From Klebsormidium nitens (taxonomy: Eukaryota > Plantae > Klebsormidiophyceae): a stretch of 64,000 nt of DNA. This document shows, piece by piece, positions 46,481-60,522 of the stretch; position 1 is the first letter of the stretch; every line of letters starts with the position of its first letter. The stretch spans positions 62,001-126,000 of the forward strand of contig DF237041.1 in the NCBI GenBank assembly GCA_000708835.1, given 5' to 3'. A model generated the notes under the pieces. The model worked only from the letters and a program-made list of their open reading frames with translations. It searched no databases and had not been told where the DNA came from. The translations under genes were made by a program, and so were the position numbers.

Positions 46481-47870
46481 TCATACAGGTCGATTGGAGT
46501 CCGGTGATTGCAACTTCTGCTTCAGAAACTCGTTTATGTGCTCGGTCTTCCATTTATCGATCCTGCAGAACAGTAGCAGAGATCTTCAGAGGGACTGCTT
46601 GATCCTGGACAACAGGCCAATCCATCTGCTGACAACTTGGCGGTACCAGGTCGAGGTAAGACTAACGCACCAATTCATGACACGGGCATCAGTATTCAAC
46701 ATGCACATTCAAAGATAACTACCAAGACCTACTATCCAAGTAAAACAAAGTGGAACTGACCTTATTGTTTCTTGGACTTCTCCATCCTCGTCCTTCATGA
46801 CCAGTTTGGGTGCGGACCCGCTCCGGTGCTTCAACGTTAACTTCGGGTGGTCTTTCATGTGCTTCTCCAGGAATGTGGAGACGGCTGAGTAGTAACGAAC
46901 TTTCCTATTGCAAACCTCAAGTGTGGCAGATGCGTACACAACCTGGACGAAACAGAAGTCGAAAGCTTTGGCACATGCTTGGCTGCTTATATGCAGGCCA
47001 TCTGTTCCTACATACTCTTAAGTACATGTCCTGCCGCAAAAGCAGGCCAGGCTCCATCCAAATGAGCTAGTCAAGGTATCAGTCAGACTGTGTTCAAGGA
47101 TTTGAGGGGGAACAACACCAGACAACATACTCCGGCCTAGTCTCCTTGGATTAGCAATGCACCTCTGACTGAGAATTTGAAAGCTGCAGAAAATTTGAAA
47201 GCTGCAGAAGCTAACTAGCAACAGACTAAGAAAGAATCTTCATTACTGCGGAAGGCTTGCCTTCGAACCATCATCCCCATCGTCCGGAATGCTGCACCGC
47301 CTGCAGTCCGCTTCAAGTTCTGCAGCAAAAGGATGCGGGAACTTCTGTGGGGCGCAGATTAGACACCACACTCAAGCTCAGGGGTCCGTATAGCTGGAGA
47401 AGATGCATAGTGCTGAAGACGGGGCCTTATCTAGACACTGTGGTGGTTGCAGCTTGGACTCGGCTGCATTCATGTTGTGCCAAATCGTGAGCAAATGCAA
47501 GGGAAGATCAGATGTAGAAGCTCAGATGGATCTACCTGTTCATTGATTCTGAAGATCATCACAGAACCTCAGGAAAAACGATGCAAGCTGGATAAAGTTG
47601 GACCACTGTCAAGCCTGTAAAACTTGGCTTAAGTTCCTCTGAAGTATCATCTGACAAGGAGGCACACTTCTTACCAGCATCCTTTACATACTCAGCGAAG
47701 GTGTCGCAAAAGCGCCTTAACCCAAGACCTGTGAATCCGAGCTCCTCACAAGACAGCTCTGCTTTCGCATCATTTGCACTGTCCAAATTCTCCGCGAAAC
47801 ATGGTTGCTTGTAGATGATGAAGAGGAGGATGCAGGACAGGATTGCAGCCATTCCTGTTCTGGTAGCCAT
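46481..47870 (-). CDS. SELENOF: Selenoprotein F (Sep15)-like ER protein, Cys-type without Sec
   Basis: Exons 47675-47870 (signal peptide, CEELGFTGL..FAEYVKD), 47261-47319 (ELEADCRRC, GC donor), 46761-46942 (ATLEVCNRKV..APKLVMKDEDG), 46481-46562 (IDKWKTEHINEFL). Confidence 0.9.
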
Positions 47871-48305
47871 GGCGCCTGCCAAGTTGTCAAGATTGCTGAC
47901 AGTGACACGAGAGCATCATGCATCATTGGGCTTTGACAAACTTGAAAGAGGAAGGAGCTAGCTAGGGCGGTGCGACGCAGATCCTCTTTTGCATGAAGCC
48001 TTGGCGAGGTTTCAGATTTAAGCGCGCGCGCTTGCGGGTCAGCTGGAAGTGCGGCGGCCGCGCGAGCCGCAGATGCGAATGATATCAGACTTCTGGGATT
48101 TGACGGCTCACAAATTGCGGTATCTCCGATGGACGGTCGTCAGCAATCCGATCTGCCTGGGGCTGAGATTCGCTCTGCAAAGGATGCATGATATGGCTTG
48201 CAAATGCAATGCAAGCTGCTTTCTCCCTGACAAAAGCGCAGCGCATCTTTGCGCTCTTTTCTTCTCATCTTTTCGAAATCTGCGCTTCTTCCCTTATCCA
48301 GAAAG

Positions 48306-51300
48306 ATGGCGTCCTGTGCTGCCGTTGCCCGGGGTCTGTCCACGTCCTTCACCGCTGCCGCCAGCAGCAATGCTTCGAGCAGCGCTTGCAATGCAAAGGC
48401 GGCGCTTCCCTTAGGATCCTTCAAGTCTGTGGCCCGTAATGGCCGGCAGGGAGCTGCCGTTCAGGCTCTGGTGAGGGCACAGAAGTTGTCATCTCAAGCT
48501 CGTCCTGTTACGTCATGTTTTTCTATGGAAGCAAAAGGTTTCAGGTAGCGATGCAGAGGAGTTCTGATCTTGACGATCTAGGTCAAGCTTTTGGGTGTCA
48601 TCTCAATAAATTGGAACATTCTTCTTTAGACTTTGTTAAGGCAGCACCTTGTTATCACCGATCTGCACAGGCCACATATACAGCATGCGGAGAAGTCAGC
48701 AATGAGAATGTGCAAGTCCGCCTGCTCACCAGTAATGTAGCATCCCATATTCTTCAAACCTTCAGGCAGTGTGCAGAAACGCAGTCAGCGAACAGACCTG
48801 TTGGCTCGACCGCCACTCAATGTGGTGTTGGACAATGGTACACAATGCACTGGTAGCATCGCTGCTGTAGGAAAAGCTTCACAGTGCAACAAACCTAGGG
48901 GCGCTCTAGGAAACCCCTAGAGAGCAGACAACCCCCTCCTCATCTGCACAAGTCGGGCTTGAAGTCAAGTCACGAGTTGCTGCCACTTGTGATTATGGTG
49001 CCGCTGTTCTTAGAGGCATCCCAGATTGATTGAATCAAACTTTTGCGCCCTGGTTTACAAATGACCAAGAGCATACTGTAGAAGACTCCAGTAAATTGGA
49101 CTCACGTGCGGTCTACCCAACTTGCAGAGCGCCAGCGCTAGCCTCTTCAATGGCCAGAGCATTGCTCACAAGAGCGCAAAGAAGAGCCAGAGGACCGCAG
49201 CAAGGGCCAGCAAGAAGGCCATCACCGCAGAGATCGGAGACTCGCTGGTAAGGTCCCTGAATCCTCCGGAACACACTGGATCTTAACTTAGAAATGCGTC
49301 CCGCTGGTGCTGGTAAAGGATCCAAACATGCCGGAAGGTGATACAGAGAGCTTCCAAGTAGGGGTTTGCCAATTTGCGCTGCATAAATCACTTGACAGCA
49401 GGATAATAGAGGCAAGGTGAAGCTGAGCAAACGGGATATCTCCGGTGCTGCATTGAACTAGCAAGATCCAAAGGTCGATGCAAACTTCTTAGGGTTCTGG
49501 AAAGGGTCCAACTTACATTGGCTATATAGGGAATCTGCCAACATGAATCTTTGTTTGTGACCTTGAAATTATGAAGTCAGAAGTAGGGATCTGCGACTCG
49601 TTAATGTACATCCTCAGTGCCGATTTGGAAGACTTATTATCCAACTTATTATCCTGTGCGACAGATGATAGGCAAATTCAGCTCAGCGCTGCAGGAGTTT
49701 CTTCTATTTGGAACTAAAACTCATTATGCGTTCTCAGAAAAAAGTTGTCCATTCTGGCCCTGGCAAGGAGAAGCAAACCAGTGGCAATCGCACAGTATTA
49801 GGCAAAGAGTAGTCAACATCTACTAACTTGTGCCACCACCTTTCTTTGCTGTACACAGACTAAGCGTGCATCTCACACATGGTTTGAAAAGTGGAGCGGC
49901 TTTTCTTCTTCAAATTGGTTTTGGGACAAAGGTTTCAGTTTAGCATTCTAGCTCCGCAGTTATAGTGGTAGACCATCCTGTATACTGAGACCCTAATTTT
50001 ACAGCTGTTCCAGAAGGCTTCGGTGATGGGTGACGGAAGAAGCTTGTCAGGCTTGCTGAGATCAGGCCGTTCTAATGCAGGTTAACCATCAGGATCTGTC
50101 TGTGCATGCACCGAAGCATTGAGGCTTCAAATGCCAGAGTTTGTTTCTCATCCTGGGCCAAAGAGAAGTCCAAGTTACAACTACTTTGGTAGACAATTAT
50201 CGAGTCATCAGCAGCAATGCGCTTAGCCCCCTGAAGTTGTTGCTCTTCAGTATCTATTCGCCCTCCAGTCAGTCACAACCCTTTCTTCGCTCTCTTTGAG
50301 AACCTCCCTCCTCGCAGAAGTGCAAACAAACTTTTGCTTTCGCTCGCTGCAATGCTCAAAGTCCCCTCCAGTGCATCCCATTCTCATGTTGCCTGATCTC
50401 AATTTTCAGGAGGAGTTCCTGGAGAAGACCATCCCCGATCAGAAGAACCTTGCACGCCTGCTCATGAGCCTGGGTGAGGCCCTGCGCACCATCGCGTTCA
50501 AGGTGCGCACCGCCAGCTGCGGCGCCACCGCCTGCATCAACACCTTCGGAGACGAGCAGCTCGCCGTCGATCTGCTGGCTGACAAGCTCCTGTTCGAGGT
50601 GAGTCCTTCTGCAAGTAGCATGCTGGCGGTGGTGGTTGCGGTTTGAGCCCATTGACCTTTTCACCTGTCAGAGCTGCTAATATGTAAGTAAGAACAAGCT
50701 CAACAGGCTTGCCATGAGCATTGACAACTTTGTCTGGAGAATACTCGAGCCGCCTCACCTTCCCCAAAGGCCGGCAAACTTGCTTCTTTCTATCTTTTGG
50801 AATAAGTAGGACTCATTCTGCACCGTCCAAATTTTCTGCTCTCTCCAGTCAAGCCCATCTCCCAGCAAAATGCAATTTAACGGCACTAATTGAGATGTCA
50901 TGTGAAATCTCCAAGACTGTCCTAGTAGTTGCTCACAAACGGAAGGTTTGAAATGGGTCTTTGTCCTTTGCAGGCCCTTAAGTTCAGCCATGTGTGCAAG
51001 TATGCCGCCTCTGAGGAGAACCCCGAGCTCCTAGACATGGGCGGCCCCACTGAGGGTGAGCTCAACCACGTCCCTCTCTAATTGTTTCCCCGACCTTTCC
51101 AGTTTCAAATGTCTATTCTGCAGTCGTCCCAGCAGAAGACCGAGCACTAAATTACGGCCAGACAACCAAGCCAGGGACGATTCCAGTTCAACAGCTGGCA
51201 GTCCTGCTTCAACGCTGATCTCTCTGCATCCAAACATTCATCATAGTCTGGTGTCTTGAGCTCCTAGTTTAGCTTAGCGATTCTTAATACAGCTAGTCAA

Positions 51301-53921
51301 TTACTGCGGCCCGAACGGCGCGTCTGCGAAGGGATGAACGGGCCTTATGGTGGCAGAACGTGGCGGCAAGAGGGGGGGCCTTGGCATCCAGAGGTCCGAA
51401 CGCAGCTTGTAGGACGACCATTTTTTGTCATACTTTCAAGCACTTCACCAATGCCGTCAGCTTATGCTGCCTCTGCTTCCTCCCCGAACCGCAGGCGGCT
51501 TCAGTGTTGTGTTCGACCCCCTCGACGGCTCCTCCATCGTTGACACTAACTTCACGGTTGGCACCATCTTCGGTGCGTGGCCTGGGGACAAGGTCGCCGG
51601 AACCACCGGGCGTGACATGGCTGCGGCTGGTATGGGCGTGTACGGCCCCAGGACAACGTACGTGCTGGCCATCAAGGGCGTACCGGGGACCCACGAGTTC
51701 TTGCTCCTGGATGAGGGTGAGTTTTGCGTGGGAGATCTCTGTGATGGTTACAGACGCTCAAGGATGGGTAATTATGATGTGAGCGCAATCAAAATTTGTT
51801 GAGGTTGGAAAGGGTCCTTTGGGCTGAAGCCCTTTTGACTTGTCGTTCAGAGGTCCTATCGGACTGGAGTGTTTCACAGGAGCGTCATATGTTTCCCTGG
51901 AAGGGTCATCTGATTTGGAGCACACATGACTCTGCCGCAGTTCTTCAAGGGTCCCTCTGTGGCGAAGCTAAGGCGGGCTTCAAAGGTGCTTTCTGATAGG
52001 AGCGCTTTGCATGAGAGTCTGGGCTTGGGTGTGGCGTTGATAGCTGCTACTTTTCAAATTCGATTTTGTTAAGACCCGCAGTTTGATAGCAAGTCCCGCA
52101 ACTAATCTCGGTGCTCAGATTCGCTGATCCTTTGGGCTCTTCCGGCTTTGGGTGATTTCGCGAGGCGGCCAAACTCTTCCTAACACGACTTGGCTTCTGC
52201 AGGCAAGTGGTTCCACGTGAAGGACACCACCCACATCGGCGAGGGCAAGCTCTTCTCCCCCGGCAACTTGAGGGCGACCTTCGACAACCCCGACTATGAG
52301 AAGGTGAGGCACGAGCCACAGTTCGAGTCGATTTGCAACGGGCTTTTCCCGGAAACGTTGTTCGTCCTGCTGAGGTGCATACCAGTCTTCGAGACAGTTG
52401 GAGCCTTTTTGGAAGGATCAGGAACCATCCAGTATGTCAAAGTGCAAAGAGTGGTAGGATACTCGTGCCGAAAGTAGGTGGGCGCCATCTCGGACTTGTG
52501 ATCTTCGATCAAGAGGATGCGGAATGATTGAGGTCCTTGATCATCCCAAACCAATATAGACGCGCTCGTCACTAGCCTGTGATCTTTCGAGAATGACGTG
52601 ATTTCCTAGAGCGGCTGCGCAAGGATCCAGGTGAATGTGAGCCTCTTGTCGAACGTAATGATGGATGAGGACATTGGAGGGTTATCCTTACCAAAGTTTG
52701 GACCTGAAATGTGCGCTTCTCCTGTTTTGCAGCTTGTAAACTACTGGATTAGCGAAAAGTACACCCTGCGGTACACTGGCGGTATGGTGCCCGATGTCAA
52801 CCAGGTCAGTCGAGTCTCTCCAGATGGTATCTTGGCCTTACTAGCATAGCGCCCGAAAAGAACCTTGGCTTATGCCCGGGTGCAAGGCATGGGACGAAAG
52901 CGGCGCACGCAGGGCCTGGCGCTAGAAGAAGATGCTGTACAATAGAACACGTCGTGCACCAACTTCATTGTTTTGACAAGCGTAGCTTGCTGTACGCTCT
53001 CCCTTTTTCCGATCACATCAGGGTCACTTGACGACACTGCAAATCAACAAGTCACTTGGAGCCTGTGTGAGTCGTTTCAGTGCTTCCAACGTTCCTCATC
53101 TCCGACACCCTAAGACGGGCCTATTCTCACCGCCGCTCACTGGACTGCAGATCATCGTGAAGGAGAAGGGTGTGTTCTCCAACGTCACCTCCCCCAGCAC
53201 CAAGGCCAAGCTCCGCCTGGCCTTCGAGGTTGCACCCCTGGGTCTGCTCATTGAGAACGCCGGAGGCTACAGCAGCAACGGCACCATGAGCGTACTAGAT
53301 ATCCCCATCCAGGGGATTGACGACAGGACGCAGGTGAGGTCCTAGTAAAGGCTGACTGCTGACTTTTGCTGGTTTGAAACATCTTGGAGGGTTCGGTGTG
53401 AGCAGATAAGCGGAAGACAAATCATATTTTGTTGGGATTGGCAACAGAACGCGGGTATTCGATCTTGAAACGCGCTTCTGCCTGAGTGAATGCGCTCACT
53501 TTAAAGCATCTTGGGAATGAAAAGAGAGGAATAGAAGGGTGCTCGTGCAGTCCTTGCTTCCACGAACTTCCGTACTTTTTTTCAGTGAGACTTTGTTTCG
53601 ATTGTTCCCTTCTGAGCTGCTGTTGCTGTCATACCTGCTTTGTCAACGTCTTTAAGCAATGAAACCGCTCCATCAAACGTACATTTCGTCTTTGCTGAGC
53701 GAGTTCCGCTCTTAGAATCGCAGTGCTGATGATTCTTGTCACATTGGTCTGTCATCTGCACTGCGCCCTCAATAACCTGGCTCCATTGTGCAAGCAGCAA
53801 ACTCATTGTTTGTTGGCTGTCCCTGCAGTGTGCTTATGGGAGTTTGAACGAGATCATCAGGTTCGAGGAGTACCTCTACGGCAAGTCCCGCCTTTCAGAG
53901 AAGGCCAAGGTAGCCGCTTAA
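48306..53921 (+). CDS. SBPase: Chloroplast sedoheptulose-1,7-bisphosphatase
   Basis: Exons 48306-48470, 49128-49247, 50410-50598, 50974-51055, 51495-51716, 52203-52303, 52733-52804, 53151-53333, 53829-53921. Transit peptide, redox pair [53 protein letters not shown]. Confidence 0.96.
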
Positions 53922-54829
53922 GCGCGTTGAAATGTGTTTGAGGTCCGTGTCAGTGTTGAATACCCGTTGAATAGGGCAGCTGGCAGCCCCAATCTTTTAC
54001 ATCGTCACTGTTACGTTTTGGAGGACGCTCCGTGAGCTACAGGTGAAAACAGCCAACTGCCTTTATAATGGTTGGAGGATTTGCGACATGTCCGATCTGT
54101 CAATGACACGCGGCCACTTGTGAGTGACATCTTGAATTTGCGTCAAATTCATGCATCATCGCTAGCTTGAAAGTATCCAACACTGATTGCAATGCATGCA
54201 TGCAGTGCCGCCGTGATATGCACAAGAAATGCAATTCATGCAACCTCAGCCTGGCTGTAAGTTGATGGTATCATTGGTGTGCATGGGCCGCCAGGGCGCG
54301 CTGCGCAAAGGTAGAAATTATTAATGTCGCAGATGGGGTCAACTGCGGGCGGCCAAGGCGGGCCCGGGGCTGAACTTAGCTAGCCTCACTATTTGCTAAG
54401 CAGGCATATGCGGCGTGCATAAGCCCTGCATGGGGTCTGGGCCCTGGCCGGCCCGCCGCTGCTGCGCCTATCGGGGCGCCATTTTTTTTCCGGGAGACCG
54501 CGGGAATAGTCAATGTGCGCTGCAATCGGCCCGGTAGCTCGCCATTTGAGATCGTGCTGAACCGTACATGCCATCGAAGTCAACTGTTCATCATACTGCT
54601 CAGGACCGAGCATGCCAAGAATCGAAATCGGCTCAACTTCGCAGCGCCATGGCGTACTAAAGCCGAATTCAGGACCGCTAAGTCACTCAACATGTGCATT
54701 TTGAAATTCCGCCCGATACAATATGAGCGGAGCATTGCAGACTTGTAAGGCAATTGCGGCAGTCGAACAGGACGAGATCAGTTGGATTGTCAGATGCTCT
54801 TACATAATAGAAGCGGGCTACAGGGAGCA

Positions 54830-57800
54830 CTAAGGCTTCTGATCGACTTCCATGGCTTCCAACTCCCCAGCTGCTGGAGACGCGTCTTCTACAGTCACCA
54901 GATCGCCGAGCTTCTTCACACTCGATGAGAGAACGGCTGCACACAAGACTTCCCGTCAGTCGTGGGAACGAGTGTAACACATTGTCTATCGTGTGGAGTA
55001 TTTGCCAAATTCCGCCAGTGTTTTGCATGCGACCAGATATTAAGGTGCTGAACTTGAGTTTCTACAGAACTTGTGCCGCGAACCGACTTCTCGTGGCCAA
55101 GCATGGAATCAAACTGCTGGGGTCCTTCAAACTGAAAACGTCGTCCAGTCCGCGGTTGATTTCGCTTGGCCTCCGTTGAGAAGCCAGATCACCAGAAGAA
55201 CGGATTGAATCGACAAGAGCAGCATCCGCAGCGGGAGTAGCAGGTTACGACCACGACAGAATATCAAAGCAACGAAGATGGCAAGCTAAGACTAAATGGA
55301 GACTGAAAATGCGCAAAGGACGGCAAGCGTGCTTGGGGACTTACGGGTGTGGCCCCTGGGGAAGACATAGCCCTTGCTCCGGTTGTACGTCCGCGGGTTC
55401 GGGGTCTCGAAGTTGCGCAGCATCTCTTTGCCGTCCTGAAAACGTGGCCAACGAAGACCAGTGAAAACTTCAAAGCAGGAGTATATGCTCTTGATGTTTT
55501 GGAGCTCTACGGGGTGTCAATCTCAAGGCCCGAAAGAGCTGCTTTGGCTGACATGTGCGGAGATTTGACTAGGGAAAGAACAAAGGTTTGGAGTGGGTAA
55601 GGACCTCATGCTGAGTCCATGTTGAACGTGTCAGAGCGCTTCGCGAACCTCAAAGGCGCCCACCGGAATAGCAGAGTGGCGCACCGGGAAAGCGATTGTC
55701 CCGAACAATCTGAGAACGTTCTCCGTCTCAAAACGATTCGTTTAGTTCGAGAGTATGAAGCCCATTGGACAACCAGCGCAAATTTCAAACTAAAGCTATG
55801 CCATCTTTTTTCTCTTCTCCGTCTCGAAAGGATCATTTATTCTTAAATTATGGACCCCATCTAACACCCAGCGCAAATTTGAAATATGGGCATGCCGCCT
55901 TCAATTCTCGCCCTGACACAACCCAAAGGCGTCCCCTCACCTTTGTAATCACGCAGACGTCCACGTTGCTCCCGCTCCCTAAGTCGTTGAAGATCCCCGC
56001 CTTGATCGCTGACGCCACCAGGTCGATCGCCTCCTCTCTCTGTCGGTCAAAGCGAAGGAGTGTCAAGAGAGAACGTAAGCCCAACAAAAGTATTCGCTGT
56101 CGCAGACCTCGCTGTCGTCCAAAGCGAAGGTTTGTCAAAGAGAACGTAAGCCCAAGAAAAGAATGCGCTGTCGCAAATCCTTTGCTCTCTCGGCAACACA
56201 AGCCAGCGGAGGCACACAAGTAAGCAGAACCGGACAAGAAATCCGTTGTTCCGAGTTGTTTTGCCTCCTTTCTACACTGAGAGCGGAAACTACCAGTCAA
56301 AGGGGTGTAAGTGGGAGGCAGAAAAAGTAGTCTCTCGGAGACACTTTTCTTCCTCACTCCATTCTCTGGTTGGATACGAGATACGATTCTCTACGAGCGG
56401 CGGAAGAGCAGCGACGGCTTTGAGAGAAACCCGCACGAGTTGTGCCAGGTCAAAAGCCTCCTCTCTAACGTCGTACGGCGGAGGTCCATCGAATGAACCG
56501 CTATCACAACGACTGTCCAGCTGAGAAGCGAATATTATCTGAATACCCAGGAAATGAACGCTCCGTCCGCATCGCAGAGGGCAAACCCCCCTTCGGTTTT
56601 TGTCGTCTTCTTGTCAGATACTTGCGCACGGAACACCAGAGGCGAGGCGACCAAGCTCAAGACCACGCAGTCAGATCAGCATTCTTATCATACCCTTCAG
56701 AAACTCTCGCTCGTGGTATTTGCCAAGCAACAGTAGGCATGTCCGCTTCCGGATTACGTTCGAAACAGGAGCCAAGGATCGTGCCTCACCGTCAGGTTCT
56801 CCTTGTACTTGGCCTCGAAGACGGCCATGGCGGCAAGGGACCCGGAACCCATCGTAGCGTATGGCAGCGTGTCGGTGGAGCCGTGCGGGTAAACCTGCAA
56901 AGTAGACGGGTTGTCATGGTAGAAGTGGGTAAAAGCCAGAAGTCCGTGCAAGGAAACAGAACAGGTAACCGTTTGAAACAGGAGACAACCAGTTCGTCCG
57001 GAGAGGAGAGGAGAGGAGAGGAAGGTCCGTCTAACGCAGGAACTGAGGGGTGCATCTGTGATCAAAACGCGCGCTTCCTGAGGTCGAACGTGCCTAAGAT
57101 GACGAACACGGCGAGAGGAGATCGGCAAGCGCAAGGGCCACAGCGCAGAAAGGAGGCCACAACAAGGTGGAAACGTGAAGGGAGTCCCCTTCAAAGAGGA
57201 AGGTGCCAGAACTGCCTCCCAAACCTCGCTTTCAAACCAACAAAATCAAGCGCTGAGAGAGCCGCACTCTTCCAGGACCTCCTTGCAGTTTGCTGAGATT
57301 GCAGTAGCAGCATTCTCATTTAAAGATCACAATCGCTCACACCGGCTTGGTCCCCTGGAACAGAGTTGTATCATTCTGGCGGCTAGAGTAAGACAACAGG
57401 CGAAGTTGTGCAAAGAAGTCGCCTTACCGTGTGCAAATGGGGCCCAGTGTTGTCCACACCTCCCAGGACCAGAGCGGCACTCACGTGCCCTTGGTATCTG
57501 CAGACAAGAGGAGTATGCTGGCTCCACTACGATATGGCGAAGGGAGTACAGTATCCACAATCCCCACGAGCCTGCTTCGCTTCAAAGCAGGTAAATCGAA
57601 GCAGGCTCGCTTCCCTCCAAGCAGGACAGTTGAAATCAACCATGGGTACCAATCGATAGATTTACCAGAATCGTCCTGAAGCGCACAAGGCTGAAGTGAC
57701 GCCAGCTGAAGTGACGCCAGCCACCCCTCAGTCAAGCTCTAAGGCGACCAGGAGAAGTCCATTTGCTCTGCTTATGCAAGGGTCAGGCTTCGAACACTAT

Positions 57801-59715
57801 CACAGCTTTTTGACGATTGCAGCGCTGGGGCCGCATGAGCATTTTCTGTCAGAACCTTGCGCAGGAAGAAAAACGTTTCACTATCACTATCCTTTCTGTC
57901 AAGACAAGTTCAGGAGCCAGATTAATTTGGATCTGTTCCAAGTGTGCAGGCCGACTCACTTGAACAGGTGCTCCTTCAGAAGGGTGAGCGCCGTGACGAC
58001 CCGCGACCGCCGCCCCGTGGAGTATCGGTGCAGCTCCAAAGTCGAGCTGATCATGCCTGCAGAGACGGGCAGAAGACAACACGGAATGAGTCCCCGGACA
58101 GCCAAAAGGCGACAGTGAAAGGATGCGGAATGTATAGAAGCCTATCTTCAATCGCAGCAGAAGACGAAAGTGAGGCCAAATGAATGTCGGATGGAGCAAG
58201 AGAACTGAAAAAAGGTTTACATGGAAATCGATTGATTTGCAGGAGACATACTGCTGGATCTGGTCCATAGCAAGTGTGTGTTTGGAAACGCCAATCACTT
58301 GTTAAATCAGACTCAGCTGGTTGGCAAAAGACCCGCTCAACATACATGTGGATGATAACATGCCGATCATGTGGCCCCTGATTGCTTTCGCGTGTCGCCT
58401 ATTGCATCATGACGGAAGAGCGTAGAAACTGTAGCAGTTCATCTTCCACAATATGCGCCACCCCCTAAAAAGAATTGCCACCTCAAGCAGAAAGACTTTT
58501 GGTGCTGGCGACTGAAAACTCTCTCAAGCGAGGAACTACATCAGAGCAAGAGCCATTGATCTTTGTCCACACAAGAGGGCAATCAGCACAAATGTCATGT
58601 GTATAACAGTGAAGAATACTTTAGCGTCTGGTGCAAATCTGATTCCAAAATTCGAATTGTATGACTAGTGACACTAAATCGAATTTGACACCACTGCGCA
58701 ATTGCAGATTTGAACCCTCACCAGTGACGTTCTCGGTGTCAGCTGCGGTCCCCGCTCCGCAGCACCAGATGTTGGGCGCGATGTAGTGGATCTTTTCGCA
58801 GTTCTTGTCGCACACAATGTCCCCCTCCGTGGCGCGGGTGTCCGCCCCAAGGACAACCCCATCCTGCAAGAAGGAGCAAATCCTGAGCTCTCAGTCTCTG
58901 ATAGTAAGTATGATACCATGCGATCTTTGTCGACAATGATCACAGGTGCAGTGTCTTGAGATAGAAGGAAGTGCCGGCCTTCTCAAGGAGGCGTCAGTTC
59001 TAGCAAGCTTCTCCAGAAAAACACAGGTAGCTAGAAGCCCCAGCACAATCAACCAGAGTAGTCTTTTTGTCGGGATTTCACTTGAAGAGACAGAAAAGCC
59101 TGAAGAGCCCTTCAGAACATATATAGCCTGGCAGAATTTCAACAAGGGCTACAGGCATAATGGGTTGCTGTGTGTCCAGCCATAAGAAATGATCGAACCG
59201 ATCAACCAGTGACGTTGACCGAGATATGCTAGCGGGCGATGTCTCAACACGGAGAAGAAAGGATCACATCAACGGGTCTCTTACACAATTTATAAATGGG
59301 ACATAGAAAGGTGGTGCAAATTTCACTTTTGCAGAACGCACAGCTTTTTGTGAGCATGTGCAGTTTGACCACTAGCAAGCGTTAATTCCTGACCAGCTTG
59401 GATACTGACCACAGAGCGTTCAGAACAATCAAGCATTCCTTACTTTGGAGTTATGCTTAGGGCACTGCTGAAAGACGGTCTTTCTAAGCATCGACGACTC
59501 AGAGCTGGCGGGTGAAGTTGAAGGGTTTGCCAAACCCATGGGGGTGTTCTTTCACCTTTGAAAAGGACGAAGCTTACCTTGTACACGACGCCCACAATTG
59601 TTGTGCCAGTTTTCCTCACGTTTGGCGGCTTAATCCCAAGCTTATCTAGTGAAGCGTTTCTGCGACAGAGATCAAAGCTGAAACCCGCCGCTTCTTCAAC
59701 CATCACGGCGGCCAT
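54830..59715 (-). CDS. PBB1: 20S proteasome subunit beta-2 (PSMB7/PBB)
   Basis: Exons 59578-59715 (propeptide..KTG/TTIVG), 58722-58863 ([20 protein letters not shown]), 57960-58056, 57428-57497, 56790-56894 ([13 protein letters not shown]), 55941-56039 ([13 protein letters not shown]), 55345-55435, 54830-54936. Confidence 0.96.
56040..56175. repeat. 72-bp-period duplication of the PBB exon-6 acceptor region
   Basis: Minus-strand ccttcgctttg(ac/ga)cgacag ends at both 56040 and 56112. Confidence 0.85.
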
Positions 59716-60522
59716 CGGGTTTGCGTTCAAAGGAGGTCCACTTATTGAGCAACCGGCAGGCAGACAACTGAAGAACGCACGGAACAAGCTTAATTACCTG
59801 ATGTCGTTGTCTGTGTTGCAAACAATCGCGGCAGATTCCTTGCTCAACACTTTATACAAAAAAGAGCTCCCCAATCAAGCTGGCAACTGGACTGCGCCTA
59901 TTGCCTTCGGGATCAGCAAGCTTCGACTTTCAAGTTTCGAGGGAAGGGAAGACGAGCATCATGGAACAGAGCCCGAGGCTGAGGTGGTCAGGCGAGAGTC
60001 CTATCGTCAGCCACTTTCTCACGGCCGCAATCCAGAAACAGTACCTTCCTTTACTCACTTCCGGACACAGCTACAACCAGTTCTGATTCTCGATACCGGT
60101 ACCTCCCTCTCTTCGCCCCGGTGTATGTACACAGTACAGTAATGGTGGCTCGATATACAAATTACAGCCCCTGCTCCAGGCTCGTCTTCTCGATTGCATT
60201 TCAGCAAGGCGCATTTGAAGCACTGATCTCTGATCCCTGGAGACCTCCCGGCTACCTGTGTCTGGCAGTGAAGCTGCTAGAATTTGTCTGTTAAACAGCA
60301 GCTCAGATCTGTAGCACAAGGCTTTCAGGAGCTTTTGCTCGTAGGTTTAGCGTCCATTGCGTTGAAAAACGGGGCTGCTTCAAGGAAGTAATTTATGCGG
60401 CGGTGTCAGCTGGCAGAACGCGCTTAGAAGGTGCACAGGTGTTCTTATATACAGGCGGTGTAGCGGTCAATCCTGCAAAAAAAATCAACTGCAGATACTG
60501 GGGACGTTTGGGCCTGATTGCG

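Noticed and set aside
46761-46942. Selenocysteine recoding in SELENOF
   Set aside because: The active-site segment reads VCNRK with no in-frame UGA, so no SECIS is required.
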